This document shows, one piece after another, positions 1 through 9,069 of a stretch of DNA of 64,000 bases; the stretch's first letter is position 1; every line of letters begins with the position of its first letter. Origin of the DNA: Bacteroidales bacterium (GTDB lineage Bacteria > Bacteroidota > Bacteroidia > Bacteroidales > TTA-H9); the NCBI GenBank assembly GCA_030656615.1, contig JAUSOY010000056.1:50-64049 (forward strand), read 5' to 3'. The notes below the pieces were generated by a model. The model did not search any database, was not told the origin of the DNA, and saw only the letters and a list, made by a program, of their open reading frames with translations. The position numbers and the translations under genes are program-made.

Positions 1-480
1 TCCGCTTACCTTGACTATAAACCGTATGCCATGATTGCCCGCCTTGACGGCGAGGGCAACCAGATATGGGCAGAAGCACATGACAACGGCAACTCCATGA
101 CCTTTATGGTGAATGTTACAGAAACACAGGACTTGGGTGCTGCTGCCATAGGTTATACTTATAACAGTGGTGATTATCACATTTACTTTCTCAAGACCGA
201 TACCCTGGGGTTGGTTACTACAATCCCCGAAGTACTTAAAACGAATGATAATATTGTTTTGGGTCCCAACCCTGTGCAGGATCTTTGCCATATTCAATTT
301 GAACAAAACACCCGCCAGATACATCTTTTGGATATGCAGGGCAGAACTTTACTCAGCCACAACATCACTACCGGGCAAACTTCCATTAAACTATCACTTG
401 GCCATTTACCCTCCGGTGTTTATCTGCTACGCATTACATCTCAAAAAGGGGAAATAATAAAAAAGTTGGTGAAGTGGTGA
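1..480 (+). CDS. 3-prime part of a secreted protein ending in a T9SS type-A C-terminal sorting domain (5-prime end lies outside the window)
   Basis: The frame is open from nt 1, with no stop before the ATG at 31. The final ~75 aa (LGPNPVQDLCHIQF...LPSGVYLLRITSQKGEIIKKLVKW) fit the Por/T9SS CTD pattern. Confidence 0.75.
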   Translation, partial: SAYLDYKPYAMIARLDGEGNQIWAEAHDNGNSMTFMVNVTETQDLGAAAIGYTYNSGDYHIYFLKTDTLGLVTTIPEVLKTNDNIVLGPNPVQDLCHIQFEQNTRQIHLLDMQGRTLLSHNITTGQTSIKLSLGHLPSGVYLLRITSQKGEIIKKLVKW

Positions 481-541
481 GTCTAAACGGAAGAAAATTC
501 AGTCCGAATCATTGCGTCCATACTTCCACCTTATAAGCAAT

Positions 542-583
542 ACCTCTGAATTCCATGAAACAAACATCATGAAATTCAGAGGT
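542..583. terminator. Hairpin between convergent genes (candidate bidirectional intrinsic terminator)
   Basis: acctctgaattccatga (542-558) pairs with tcatgaaattcagaggt (567-583). This gives a 17-bp stem with one mismatch and an 8-nt loop. It lies between the stop at 480 (+) and the stop at 645 (-). Confidence 0.5.
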
Positions 584-644
584 AAATGGCATTTATTCAG
601 TCCAGGTTTTTCTGACAGCAATCAAAAACTCCCGGATTAAAAAA

Positions 645-3617
645 CTAAAGAATCCGAACAACTTTTCTCATTACAATTTTATCCTGCGTCATCAGTCGTA
701 AAAAGTACATGCCTTTTTGCAAGGATGAAGATTGAATGTTTACGGTCTGAATTTGACCTGATTGCGTATGTCCTTCATAGATTTTTTGAACGATTGAGCC
801 ATCAAGGCTTACCAAATCTATTTGCACCCAACCATCCTTTATCAATTCAAATTCACAATTTAATTGGTCTCTGAAAGGATTAGGAAACACATGCATACTG
901 ATTTCATCACTACTGAAATTAACATTCGTTTTCATGGTACCACAATCGCCCAGATAACTGCCGTTGGCAAGTTGTGCGGCCACAGCGTTGGGAGAAATAC
1001 AAATGGTATGTGCATTGGATGGGTTACCGGGTGGCACTTTACAAACCAATACCTTGTCCATTTTTTTACCACACCGAACATCCATCACATCAATAAACAC
1101 TTCAGAGGTAGCTATACTGCCACAATTATCAGAAACACTAACCGTATACCACTGCGGACTTTGTGGACAAACCTGCATAGTGTTGCCTGAAGCAGCATTG
1201 TTCCAAACAAAAGAATAGGGTTCAACACCACCGGATGCAGAAGCAGTAAGATTTGCACAGGCCATAGGATTGTAACCAAAATACACCAGCGGCACATCCG
1301 TTGCAGCCGAAGCAAAAAGTTCCGGAGCACTCACCTGCACAATAGCAGATGCAGAAGAAACATTTCCGCTCACATCCGTTACAATAAGTTCTACGGTATT
1401 ATCACCCAGATTACTGCAATCGAAAGCAGAAGGAGAAACGAGCATCGACATAATTCCGCAATTATCCGAAGAACCGGCATCAATCATTGATGAAGTTATA
1501 AATACCTGTCCGTTATTATCAAGGTTCAGTGCCACGTTATTGGTCAAAACAATGGGTGGAACAGCATCCACCACATTTACAACCGCCTGGCCTGATGCAG
1601 TATTTCCGTTTTCGTCGCTGACGGTAAGAATCACCACATTTTCTCCTCTGTTTTCACAATTAAAATTTGAAGGAGAAACCATCAAAGAAGAAATTCCGCA
1701 ATTATCGAATGAGCCGGCATCCACCATGGATGCATCCAATGTGGCCATTCCGGTTTCATCCAGATAAATATTGACATTTTGGGTTATTACGGTAGGCGAA
1801 AGAATATCAGAAATCGTGACCAATGCTTCGGTAGAAGAAGCATTTCCGCTTGCATCCGTTACGGTAAAAATCACCGGGTTATCACCTGTATTCAAGCAAT
1901 TAAATTCAGAAGGCGATACAGACATGGATATTATTCCGCAATTATCGCTTGAACCGGTGTCGAGCATTTCGGGCAAGAGCATGGCAATACCGTCAGCATT
2001 CAATGGAAGATTGATATTTTGTGCGATGGCCTGAGGCGGAATAAGATCGGATTGTAGTATGGTAATTTCTATGGTTTCACTCTGGCCGGCAGCATCGCTC
2101 ACGGTAAATTGATGATAGCCTTCCGGTTTTTCAAATGTCCCGACACCTTCGTAGGGAGGCGTTCCTCCGGTAGCGGATATTTCAACCAAAGTTGTTGAGC
2201 CGGGGCATTCGATGGGATCGAATTGAGCAGCAATTTCGAGAGGATCAGACTGCACTTCACCGATACGTATTTCATCAAAGATAGTTTGGCTTTCATTACC
2301 GATATTCCAGCCATAAATCATATACTGCAAGGCATTGGTTGTAAAATCAATTTCTGAAAAATTCGGACAGTATATCTGCCAGCCGTAATTTGTTCCATCA
2401 AAATCGCGGATGCAGACTTCACTTCCGGCAGAGCCTGTATTTTGACAATCATATTCAAGCTGCCCCCATTCACCGCCATTTGAGGGAATAATAGATGAAA
2501 TCATACGAGTTCCATGGATGTATTCATAAAGCTCATGATTTTTAAAAAATTTACCTGTGGCAAGCCCTCCAAAATAGGTAGTACCATACCCACCATAGTA
2601 TAAATCGCCGTTAAAAACTTCAAAATCCATAGCAAAGGATTCTGTTTCAAAATATCTTACCAATGAGATACCTTGGGTAGAATTGTATTTGGAAATAAAA
2701 CCGGAAGGCTGAGTTGCGGCTGTTCGTGCAGCCCTTTGATGCGAAACAATCAGGTCATTCCCGAAGCTTTGTAAACGGTTTACACCACCATACCCTGACC
2801 AAATCTGGGTCCAGGTGGAGCCATTAAAGCGATGAATTTTACCATAGTTATAACTACCATTTAATGAACCGGCATACAATTCTCCATTATGGATTTCGAA
2901 ATCTTTCACCGACATCATACCGGTATAAAATGCAGGAACCCATGATGAACCATTAAATTTATAAATAACACCCGACCAGTGTGTGCCTGCATAGATTTCT
3001 CCATTGTACTCAATTATATCATAAATTCCGTTAGAAAAAGCATTTCCTTTCTGAACCCATTGTGAGCCATTCCATCGCATAACCCTGGCTACGTTTTCCG
3101 GTGACCGGCAACCCACAAGCAGTTCTCCGGCAACATTACAAATGGTATATAAACTACTCATTCCGTTGGTCGCTAAATCAGAATGTATGGCAAGGCCGTT
3201 GGGCCCAAGGCCATACTCATTTTGGGTACCATCATACGACAATACTTTCAGACCATATATTGTATATAATTTTCCATCGTAAACTGCATTTTCAGAAAGT
3301 GCATAGCCCGGCAGGGGCATAGACCACTGGCCGTCTACTGGATTATAGGCTAAAGTACCGAAAGAAAAACCTACCAGCAGTTTCCCCTGAAACTCCGCCA
3401 TATGAGTTATAGACGATTTATATGGAACAGAAGCATCAGAGATAAAACTACCCGGCGAACTTAAGTAGTCCAGATTATGCTGGACTAAAAATTTAGCGGG
3501 ATCAGAAAAATACTCTTGGCCATCACCACCCGACCAATCTGATTGGATAAAACCCGTCTGGGCTGATATCATCAGGAAGGATATGAGCCCAATTGCTAGT
3601 GTAAATAGTTTTTTCAT
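645..3617 (-). CDS. T9SS-secreted surface protein: signal peptide, propeller-like N-terminal half, three HYR-like repeats, T9SS type-A CTD
   Basis: ORF 645..3650. I prefer the ATG at 3617 because MKKLFTLAIGLISFLMISAQ is a signal peptide. YDGKLY/NGEIYAG/NGELYAG/NGDLYYG motifs recur in the N-terminal half. Three ~80-aa repeats carry GSSDNCGI. The C-terminal FPNPF...GMYFLRL...VVRIL matches the CTD. Confidence 0.8.
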   Translation of the reverse strand: MKKLFTLAIGLISFLMISAQTGFIQSDWSGGDGQEYFSDPAKFLVQHNLDYLSSPGSFISDASVPYKSSITHMAEFQGKLLVGFSFGTLAYNPVDGQWSMPLPGYALSENAVYDGKLYTIYGLKVLSYDGTQNEYGLGPNGLAIHSDLATNGMSSLYTICNVAGELLVGCRSPENVARVMRWNGSQWVQKGNAFSNGIYDIIEYNGEIYAGTHWSGVIYKFNGSSWVPAFYTGMMSVKDFEIHNGELYAGSLNGSYNYGKIHRFNGSTWTQIWSGYGGVNRLQSFGNDLIVSHQRAARTAATQPSGFISKYNSTQGISLVRYFETESFAMDFEVFNGDLYYGGYGTTYFGGLATGKFFKNHELYEYIHGTRMISSIIPSNGGEWGQLEYDCQNTGSAGSEVCIRDFDGTNYGWQIYCPNFSEIDFTTNALQYMIYGWNIGNESQTIFDEIRIGEVQSDPLEIAAQFDPIECPGSTTLVEISATGGTPPYEGVGTFEKPEGYHQFTVSDAAGQSETIEITILQSDLIPPQAIAQNINLPLNADGIAMLLPEMLDTGSSDNCGIISMSVSPSEFNCLNTGDNPVIFTVTDASGNASSTEALVTISDILSPTVITQNVNIYLDETGMATLDASMVDAGSFDNCGISSLMVSPSNFNCENRGENVVILTVSDENGNTASGQAVVNVVDAVPPIVLTNNVALNLDNNGQVFITSSMIDAGSSDNCGIMSMLVSPSAFDCSNLGDNTVELIVTDVSGNVSSASAIVQVSAPELFASAATDVPLVYFGYNPMACANLTASASGGVEPYSFVWNNAASGNTMQVCPQSPQWYTVSVSDNCGSIATSEVFIDVMDVRCGKKMDKVLVCKVPPGNPSNAHTICISPNAVAAQLANGSYLGDCGTMKTNVNFSSDEISMHVFPNPFRDQLNCEFELIKDGWVQIDLVSLDGSIVQKIYEGHTQSGQIQTVNIQSSSLQKGMYFLRLMTQDKIVMRKVVRIL
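1323..2039 (-). repeat. Three tandem ~240-nt coding repeats (HYR/Ig-like modules) inside the 645..3617 gene
   Basis: The protein repeats are PPQAIAQNINLPLNADG...GSSDNCGIISMSVSP...FTVTDASGN, SPTVITQNVNIYLDETG...GSFDNCGISSLMVSP...LTVSDENGN and PPIVLTNNVALNLDNNG...GSSDNCGIMSMLVSP...LIVTDVSGN. Confidence 0.7.
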
Positions 3618-3942
3618 TTGTTTGCTTTTTTGATTCCCGACAGCTAACAATCATTTGGGGTCTGACGATGAATTCAGGAATCCATTAATATATTCGCAAA
3701 TTATTATCTATCATATACTTAATCCAAATAAAATTGATAGGAGTGTTTAACTATTTAAAATTCGTGAGGTGATATTTAATATTCGTTTTGTATGATAATT
3801 TATCGAATAGCGAAAACAAGACAGTATTTGAATCTGAATCCCTGATATTTTTCGGCAATATATTCTCCCTTTTCAATTGTTTTATTAACATTGCAGGGTC
3901 AATCAAACGACATTTAACCACAGATCATCTACAAATCCAGTC

Positions 3943-6246
3943 ATGAAAATATCCAAACATCTTGCCCTCTGCTTTTTGATTCTCTTATTCAGTTTTCAGC
4001 TTACGGCTCAAAAAACCACCGACTACGTAAATCCTTTTATTGGCACACATCATATGGGGCATACCTACCCCGGCGCAACGCTTCCTTTCGGAATGGTTCA
4101 GCTGAGTCCGGAAACCGATACCATTCTGTATTCGTACGGAAAGGGCTATAATCCAAAAACGTATGAGTATTGTGCCGGGTATCAATACGCTGATAATACC
4201 ATCGTTGGATTTACACATACTCATTTTTCCGGTACCGGTCATTCCGATTTAGGCGATTTTCTAATCATGCCAACCACCGGTGCACTGAAATTGAACCCCG
4301 GAACTTCTGAAAAGCCTGAAACAGGCTACCGCAGTCGTTTTTCACACGAACGCGAATCTGCTTCACCCGGATATTATTCGGTGATTCTGGATGATTACAA
4401 TATAAAGGCCGAGTTAACCGCCACTACACGTTGCGGAATCCATCAATATTCATTTCCTTCCGATTCTGATGCCCGTATTATTCTGGATATGAATTATGGC
4501 ATTTATAATTACGATGGGAAAACAATCTGGTCATTTGTACGGGTCGAAAATGATACGCTTATCACGGGTTATCGTCAGACCCGCGGTTGGGCTCGCACAC
4601 GTTACATTTATTTCGCCATGAGCCTTTCTGCTCCTATTAAAAATTATGGCCATAAAAACGACGAAAAGAAAGTCTATAACGGTTTCTATCGGAAATTTGA
4701 TGAGTTTCATAATTTCCCTGAAATGGCCGGCAAAGATGTACGTGCCTATTTTGAATTTGGAAACATTCCGGGAAACAAGTTGGTGGTGCGAATGGCCCTT
4801 TCTGCCGTAAGTACTGAGGGTGCTCTTAAAAATCTTATGGCCGAAGCTTCGGGAAAAACATTCGAGCAAATCCGGCACGAAGCCGAAAGTGCATGGGAAA
4901 ATGAGCTTTCAAAAATCAGAATAAAAGCATCCCCTGAAGTAATGAAGAACTTCTACACGTCTTTGTATCATGCTTATCTGAGTCCGACCATTTATCAAGA
5001 TGTGGATGGAAAGTATCGCGGAATTGATCAAAACATTCACGAAGCCCAAAATTTTACAAATTATACCACCTTTAGTTTGTGGGATACCTATCGTGCTTTA
5101 CATCCGCTTTTCACAATTTTCCAGCAACAACGCACCGCTGATATGGTTAACAGCATGTTGGCTCATTATCAACAAAGTGTTCATAAAATTCTTCCGATCT
5201 GGTCGCATCACGCCAATGAAAACTGGTGCATGACCGGATATCATTCGGTTCCGGTGATTGCTGATGCCATGATGAAAAACATTCAGGGATTTGATTACAC
5301 TGAAGGGCTGAAAGCATGTGTTTCCAGTGCCAATTACGATGTGTATGATGGCATCGGTGATTACAAAAAATACGGATATCTACCCTACGATTTATCGGGT
5401 AATGCCGCATCAAAAACCCTTGAGTATGCTTACGACGACTGGTGTATCGCACAAATGGCAAAGAAACTGAATAAGCAGAATTTCGTTTCAGAATATGAAA
5501 AACGGGCAGCTTCTTATAAAAAGATTTTCGACCCCGCTGTGGGATTTATGCGTGCAAAACACTCCGATGGAAGCTGGAAACCTGAGTTCAATCCCATGGC
5601 CACCGAAAATCAGGGATTTATTGAAGGAAATTCATGGAATTATTCCTTGCATGTACCTCATGATGTTGAAGGGCTGAAAGCCTTGTTGGGAGGAGCAAAA
5701 AAAATGGAGATGTATCTCGATTCTTTATTCATTATGGAATTGCCCGATCACGAAATTCATTCAGAAGACATCAATAAAGTGGGCATCATCGGAAATTACG
5801 TTCATGGCAATGAGCCCAGTCACCATGTTCCTTATCTCTACAATGACGCAGGAGTACCATGGAAAACCCAAAAATGGGTCAGGAAAATAATGAATACCAT
5901 GTACCGTCCGGAGCCCGGTGGTTTATGTGGTAACGACGATTGCGGACAAATGTCGGCCTGGTACATTTTCAGTGCGATGGGATTTTACCCTGTATGCCCG
6001 GGAAGTAATGAGTATTCTATCGGTAGCCCTATGATAGATGACTTAAGTATTACGCTTGAAAATGGTAAAACATTCAGGCTTATTGCAAAAAACAACACTA
6101 CCGAAAATTGCTACATACAAAAACTCAGCCTCAATGGAAAAGAGTTGAAAGAGCCACGCCTGAGGCATGAAGACATTATGAATGGAGGAATTCTCGAATT
6201 TGAAATGGGATCAAAACCAATACGGAATTATTTTGTCAAGCCCTAG
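3943..6246 (+). CDS. Glycoside hydrolase family 92 alpha-mannosidase, exported
   Basis: 767 aa with signal peptide MKISKHLALCFLILLFSFQLTAQ. VNPFIGT..GHTYPGATLPFGMVQLSPET near the N-terminus and GNEPSHH / CGNDDCGQMSAWY near the C-terminus are typical of GH92. Confidence 0.85.
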   Translation: MKISKHLALCFLILLFSFQLTAQKTTDYVNPFIGTHHMGHTYPGATLPFGMVQLSPETDTILYSYGKGYNPKTYEYCAGYQYADNTIVGFTHTHFSGTGHSDLGDFLIMPTTGALKLNPGTSEKPETGYRSRFSHERESASPGYYSVILDDYNIKAELTATTRCGIHQYSFPSDSDARIILDMNYGIYNYDGKTIWSFVRVENDTLITGYRQTRGWARTRYIYFAMSLSAPIKNYGHKNDEKKVYNGFYRKFDEFHNFPEMAGKDVRAYFEFGNIPGNKLVVRMALSAVSTEGALKNLMAEASGKTFEQIRHEAESAWENELSKIRIKASPEVMKNFYTSLYHAYLSPTIYQDVDGKYRGIDQNIHEAQNFTNYTTFSLWDTYRALHPLFTIFQQQRTADMVNSMLAHYQQSVHKILPIWSHHANENWCMTGYHSVPVIADAMMKNIQGFDYTEGLKACVSSANYDVYDGIGDYKKYGYLPYDLSGNAASKTLEYAYDDWCIAQMAKKLNKQNFVSEYEKRAASYKKIFDPAVGFMRAKHSDGSWKPEFNPMATENQGFIEGNSWNYSLHVPHDVEGLKALLGGAKKMEMYLDSLFIMELPDHEIHSEDINKVGIIGNYVHGNEPSHHVPYLYNDAGVPWKTQKWVRKIMNTMYRPEPGGLCGNDDCGQMSAWYIFSAMGFYPVCPGSNEYSIGSPMIDDLSITLENGKTFRLIAKNNTTENCYIQKLSLNGKELKEPRLRHEDIMNGGILEFEMGSKPIRNYFVKP

Positions 6247-6823
6247 TTAAATCGAGAATATTTTTACTCAATTTCTCAATTTGCCGCTTTGTTTTTTTTG
6301 ACAATTCTGATTTTTGTGAACCGCAAGATGCAATACTGGCCATCGTTTCTGCTCCACTGTAATGGAAGGCGTTTTTAACAGAATTCAAGGCTCCGCGGGT
6401 CTCTGGCAATATCCAATTCCAGGGCTCCGGAGTATTACCACTCACCATATAAATCAGTTTCTTGCCTTGCATTTTTGGTTTTGGAATTTTTCCAGCCATA
6501 CTATCCATGATAATCGGAATATTCCTTTCGAGCAATTTTTTCAGTCCACTACTCATGTTTCTGAGATATACCGGAGTTCCAAGTACAATAATGTCGGCAG
6601 AAGCCATCTGAATACCAAGCCGATGAGCATCATCTTCGGGCAAAACACATTTCCCAAGCGTCTGGCATTGCATGCACCCCTTGCAGGAAGTAATATTCAA
6701 TTCATAAACATTATAATACTGGCAATCCGTCAAATATTGAATTCCGGAATACAATTTTTGCAGCATACTTGCTGTGCGGCCCTCAGGTTTTGGGCTACCG
6801 TTTAAAATCAAAACTTTTTTCAT
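6236..6823 (-). CDS. Iron-sulfur flavoprotein (Isf)-like NAD(P)H-dependent FMN reductase / flavodoxin-fold protein
   Basis: MKKVLILNGSPKPEGRT is a flavodoxin-like N-terminus. A compact Cys motif CKGCMQCQTLGKC (CX2CX2CX5C) resembles that of Isf proteins. It overlaps the upstream TetR gene by 4 nt, consistent with an operon. Confidence 0.65.
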   Translation of the reverse strand: MKKVLILNGSPKPEGRTASMLQKLYSGIQYLTDCQYYNVYELNITSCKGCMQCQTLGKCVLPEDDAHRLGIQMASADIIVLGTPVYLRNMSSGLKKLLERNIPIIMDSMAGKIPKPKMQGKKLIYMVSGNTPEPWNWILPETRGALNSVKNAFHYSGAETMASIASCGSQKSELSKKTKRQIEKLSKNILDLTRA

Positions 6824-7443
6824 TCTTTACTGTAAATTTTATCGAACGTACAATCAATCAATTCATCAACAGCGGATGAAATCCTTTCCCAACCATCCGC
6901 TGCATCAAGACTTACACCATTAAAAATCTTAACATATTTACTTCGCAAAACGAGATAGTATAAACCAGAAACCAAAATGGCGATCATGGCTTCAATATCG
7001 GCTGATGAGGCCGGAAGACTGGCAGAAAGAAGTTTCGTTAAAGCGTGACCCGAAGCCTCTCGGCGCGAAGCATACGTCTGAAGTACCTTACTATCATCCA
7101 CCAGCTCCCACCGCAATACTTCCTGATATCCTGGATTAGCGATTGTTTGAAAAAGTTGATTTCTTAAGATGTCTTTGACCATCCGCTTAAGATTTTCTCT
7201 TTCCGTAGGTACATTCTCTGAGATTTCCGAAAGATTAAAATGTGTATAAAAATCATTTTGCTCAAAATATGCATCCAAAAGCCCATCATAACTTCCAAAA
7301 TACCGGTATATAAGAACCTTATCACATCCTGCCTCGCGGGCTATGGAATTGACACCCAAATCTCTAAAACCTTCCCTATTAATGACATTACCTACTGCCC
7401 TGAGTAGATTTGCCATGCTTGCCTTTTTATTTCGTATTACCAT
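6820..7443 (-). CDS. TetR/AcrR family transcriptional regulator
   Basis: The N-terminal helix-turn-helix GFRDLGVNSIAREAGCDKVLIYRYFGS is typical of TetR. Length is 207 aa. Confidence 0.8.
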   Translation of the reverse strand: MVIRNKKASMANLLRAVGNVINREGFRDLGVNSIAREAGCDKVLIYRYFGSYDGLLDAYFEQNDFYTHFNLSEISENVPTERENLKRMVKDILRNQLFQTIANPGYQEVLRWELVDDSKVLQTYASRREASGHALTKLLSASLPASSADIEAMIAILVSGLYYLVLRSKYVKIFNGVSLDAADGWERISSAVDELIDCTFDKIYSKE

Positions 7444-7444
7444 A

Positions 7445-7462
7445 TGTCACTTATTGGTGACA
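7445..7462. promoter_or_regulatory. Perfect palindrome TGTCAC-N6-GTGACA, candidate TetR operator
   Basis: tgtcac (7445-7450) and gtgaca (7457-7462) are exact reverse complements. The site sits 2 nt upstream of the TetR start codon and overlaps a candidate -7 box. Confidence 0.4.
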
Positions 7463-7468
7463 AAATTA
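7461..7468 (-). promoter_or_regulatory. Candidate Bacteroidota -7 promoter box (TAATTTTG on the minus strand) for the TetR-Isf operon
   Basis: The plus strand reads caaaatta, which matches TAnnTTTG on the minus strand. It lies 18-25 nt upstream of the ATG at 7443. Confidence 0.35.
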
Positions 7469-7696
7469 AAACACTTTTTCGTAATGTGCAATTTTTCTCC
7501 AATTATTTTTTTACTAATACCTAATTATCAAAAAAATCAGGTGATAAATAACACTAATAAAAGACTCCATTTATCAAATTTTATAGAATGTAAAACAATC
7601 AGTAAAATTCAATTCAATCTGACGTTATGTGATACGAATAAATCGTTATTATTCATAATATTCAAATAATAACTTTTTTTATGAACCGAAATGTAT

Positions 7697-7704
7697 TAAC
7701 TTTG
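7697..7704 (+). promoter_or_regulatory. Candidate -7 box TAACTTTG upstream of the methyltransferase gene
   Basis: Exact TAnnTTTG match, 73 nt upstream of the ATG at 7777. Confidence 0.3.
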
Positions 7705-7776
7705 TTATAGTCATTTCAAAAGCAGGCTAACTGCTTTCGTATATGACAATGATAAAACTATTAAATACCTCCAATT

Positions 7777-8610
7777 ATGGCCGAAAATAAATTAATCCAT
7801 AGCCACGCTGATCCTATGTTTTTTGATGAACTACCTTTATGGTCGGCACCATTTGGCTTACAATTACTGGAGACTATTCCAGTGATTAGTCACGGAAGAG
7901 TTTTAGATGTCGGATGCGGTACCGGCTTTTTAAGCATTGAAATGGCGCAACGATTTGGGCATGAAACTGAAATTATTGCTTTGGATATCTGGCAGGAAGG
8001 GCTGGAATATCTTAACAAGAAAGCAGAGTTTTATGGCATAAAAAACATCAAGGCGATCAGAGCATCTGCTGAAGCACTTCCATTTCAGGATGGCAGTATC
8101 GATATGGTTGTTTCCAACAACGGTATAAACAATTCTGATAACTTTATGAAGTCGTTTAAAGAAGCATGCCGAGTCATTAAAACGGGCGGGTATTTTGCAA
8201 TTGCTCAAAACCATCGGGGAACCTTTGATGGTTTTTACAATATTCTACTCGAAACGCTCATCGAAAACAATCGATATGAGTTGGTAAATGCTGTACAAAA
8301 GCACATCCGCAAGAAACGCAAAACCACACTCATTCTGAATCGTGAACTTCAAAAACACGGGTTCATTATTTTTGGTGCAAAAAACAATTCTTTCACCTTC
8401 CGTTTTGCTAGTGCCAACGCATTTTATCAACATCATTTTATTAAATCCGCTTTTTATTCATCATGGGAAGAACTTCTCGGAAAATACAGCGAAAAAATAC
8501 TTAGTGAAGTGTTGAAAAAATTGGATAAAATTGTCAAATCTGAAGGACAACTAACCCTCGAAGTGCCTTTTTCGACCATTATTGGCCGAAAAGCACCCGG
8601 GATGGAATAA
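7777..8610 (+). CDS. Class I SAM-dependent methyltransferase
   Basis: VLDVGCGTGFLSIEMA is SAM-binding motif I, and a downstream IDMVVSNNG motif is present. Length is 277 aa. Confidence 0.8.
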   Translation: MAENKLIHSHADPMFFDELPLWSAPFGLQLLETIPVISHGRVLDVGCGTGFLSIEMAQRFGHETEIIALDIWQEGLEYLNKKAEFYGIKNIKAIRASAEALPFQDGSIDMVVSNNGINNSDNFMKSFKEACRVIKTGGYFAIAQNHRGTFDGFYNILLETLIENNRYELVNAVQKHIRKKRKTTLILNRELQKHGFIIFGAKNNSFTFRFASANAFYQHHFIKSAFYSSWEELLGKYSEKILSEVLKKLDKIVKSEGQLTLEVPFSTIIGRKAPGME

Positions 8611-8809
8611 AATCCGACTTTTCAGCACAATCTTTAACGATACGAATCACCCGAAAATTACACTAAAATGGAATTTTCGGGCGATTTTTCGTTTAAATCC
8701 CGACCTGATTATCAATTCCATTTGCCAGAATATATCATACAACCGTATAAACCTAACATATACCGCAGAAATGCCCCCAGCAGCATTTTGCAATCAGATA
8801 TAATTGTAG

Positions 8810-8817
8810 TAAGTTTG
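8810..8817 (+). promoter_or_regulatory. Candidate -7 box TAAGTTTG (with a TTTG at 8787-8790 as a possible -33 element)
   Basis: Exact TAnnTTTG match, 18 nt upstream of the ATG at 8836. Confidence 0.35.
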
Positions 8818-8835
8818 TTGTTCTATCCGTTAAAT

Positions 8836-9069
8836 ATGTCAGTATATTTCAACAGTAAAATGGAATTATTCGCTATTATTGGCGAAAAAATCAGTTATTT
8901 AAACAAGCATTTGTTTAATACCAATACGATACCCGATAAAGAAACATTAACAGAAATCCGCGCCACCGTTGATTTTTTAAAGGACCATAAATATAAATTT
9001 ATGAGTCAGGGACTCAATCAATTGGAGTATATCATCCGTTCTGCTGAAGAGAAACTGGAGAGTTTATAA
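8836..9069 (+). CDS. Small hypothetical protein (77 aa)
   Basis: This is the 3-prime part of ORF 8668..9069. The start at 8836 (MSVYFNSKMELFAIIGEK...) is preferred because a -7 box precedes it and the upstream 56 codons look non-coding. I recognise no family. Confidence 0.35.
   Translation: MSVYFNSKMELFAIIGEKISYLNKHLFNTNTIPDKETLTEIRATVDFLKDHKYKFMSQGLNQLEYIIRSAEEKLESL

Noticed and set aside
6362-6805. A 147-aa ORF antisense to the flavoprotein gene.
   Set aside because: It is fully nested opposite a gene with clear family motifs. Its translation has no recognisable features.
8668-8835. The N-terminal 56 codons of ORF 8668..9069, together with the overlapping ORF 8582..8803.
   Set aside because: The composition looks non-coding (MEFSGDFSFKSRPDYQFHLPEYIIQ...). 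A promoter-like TTTG/TAAGTTTG pair lies inside it, directly before an internal ATG.
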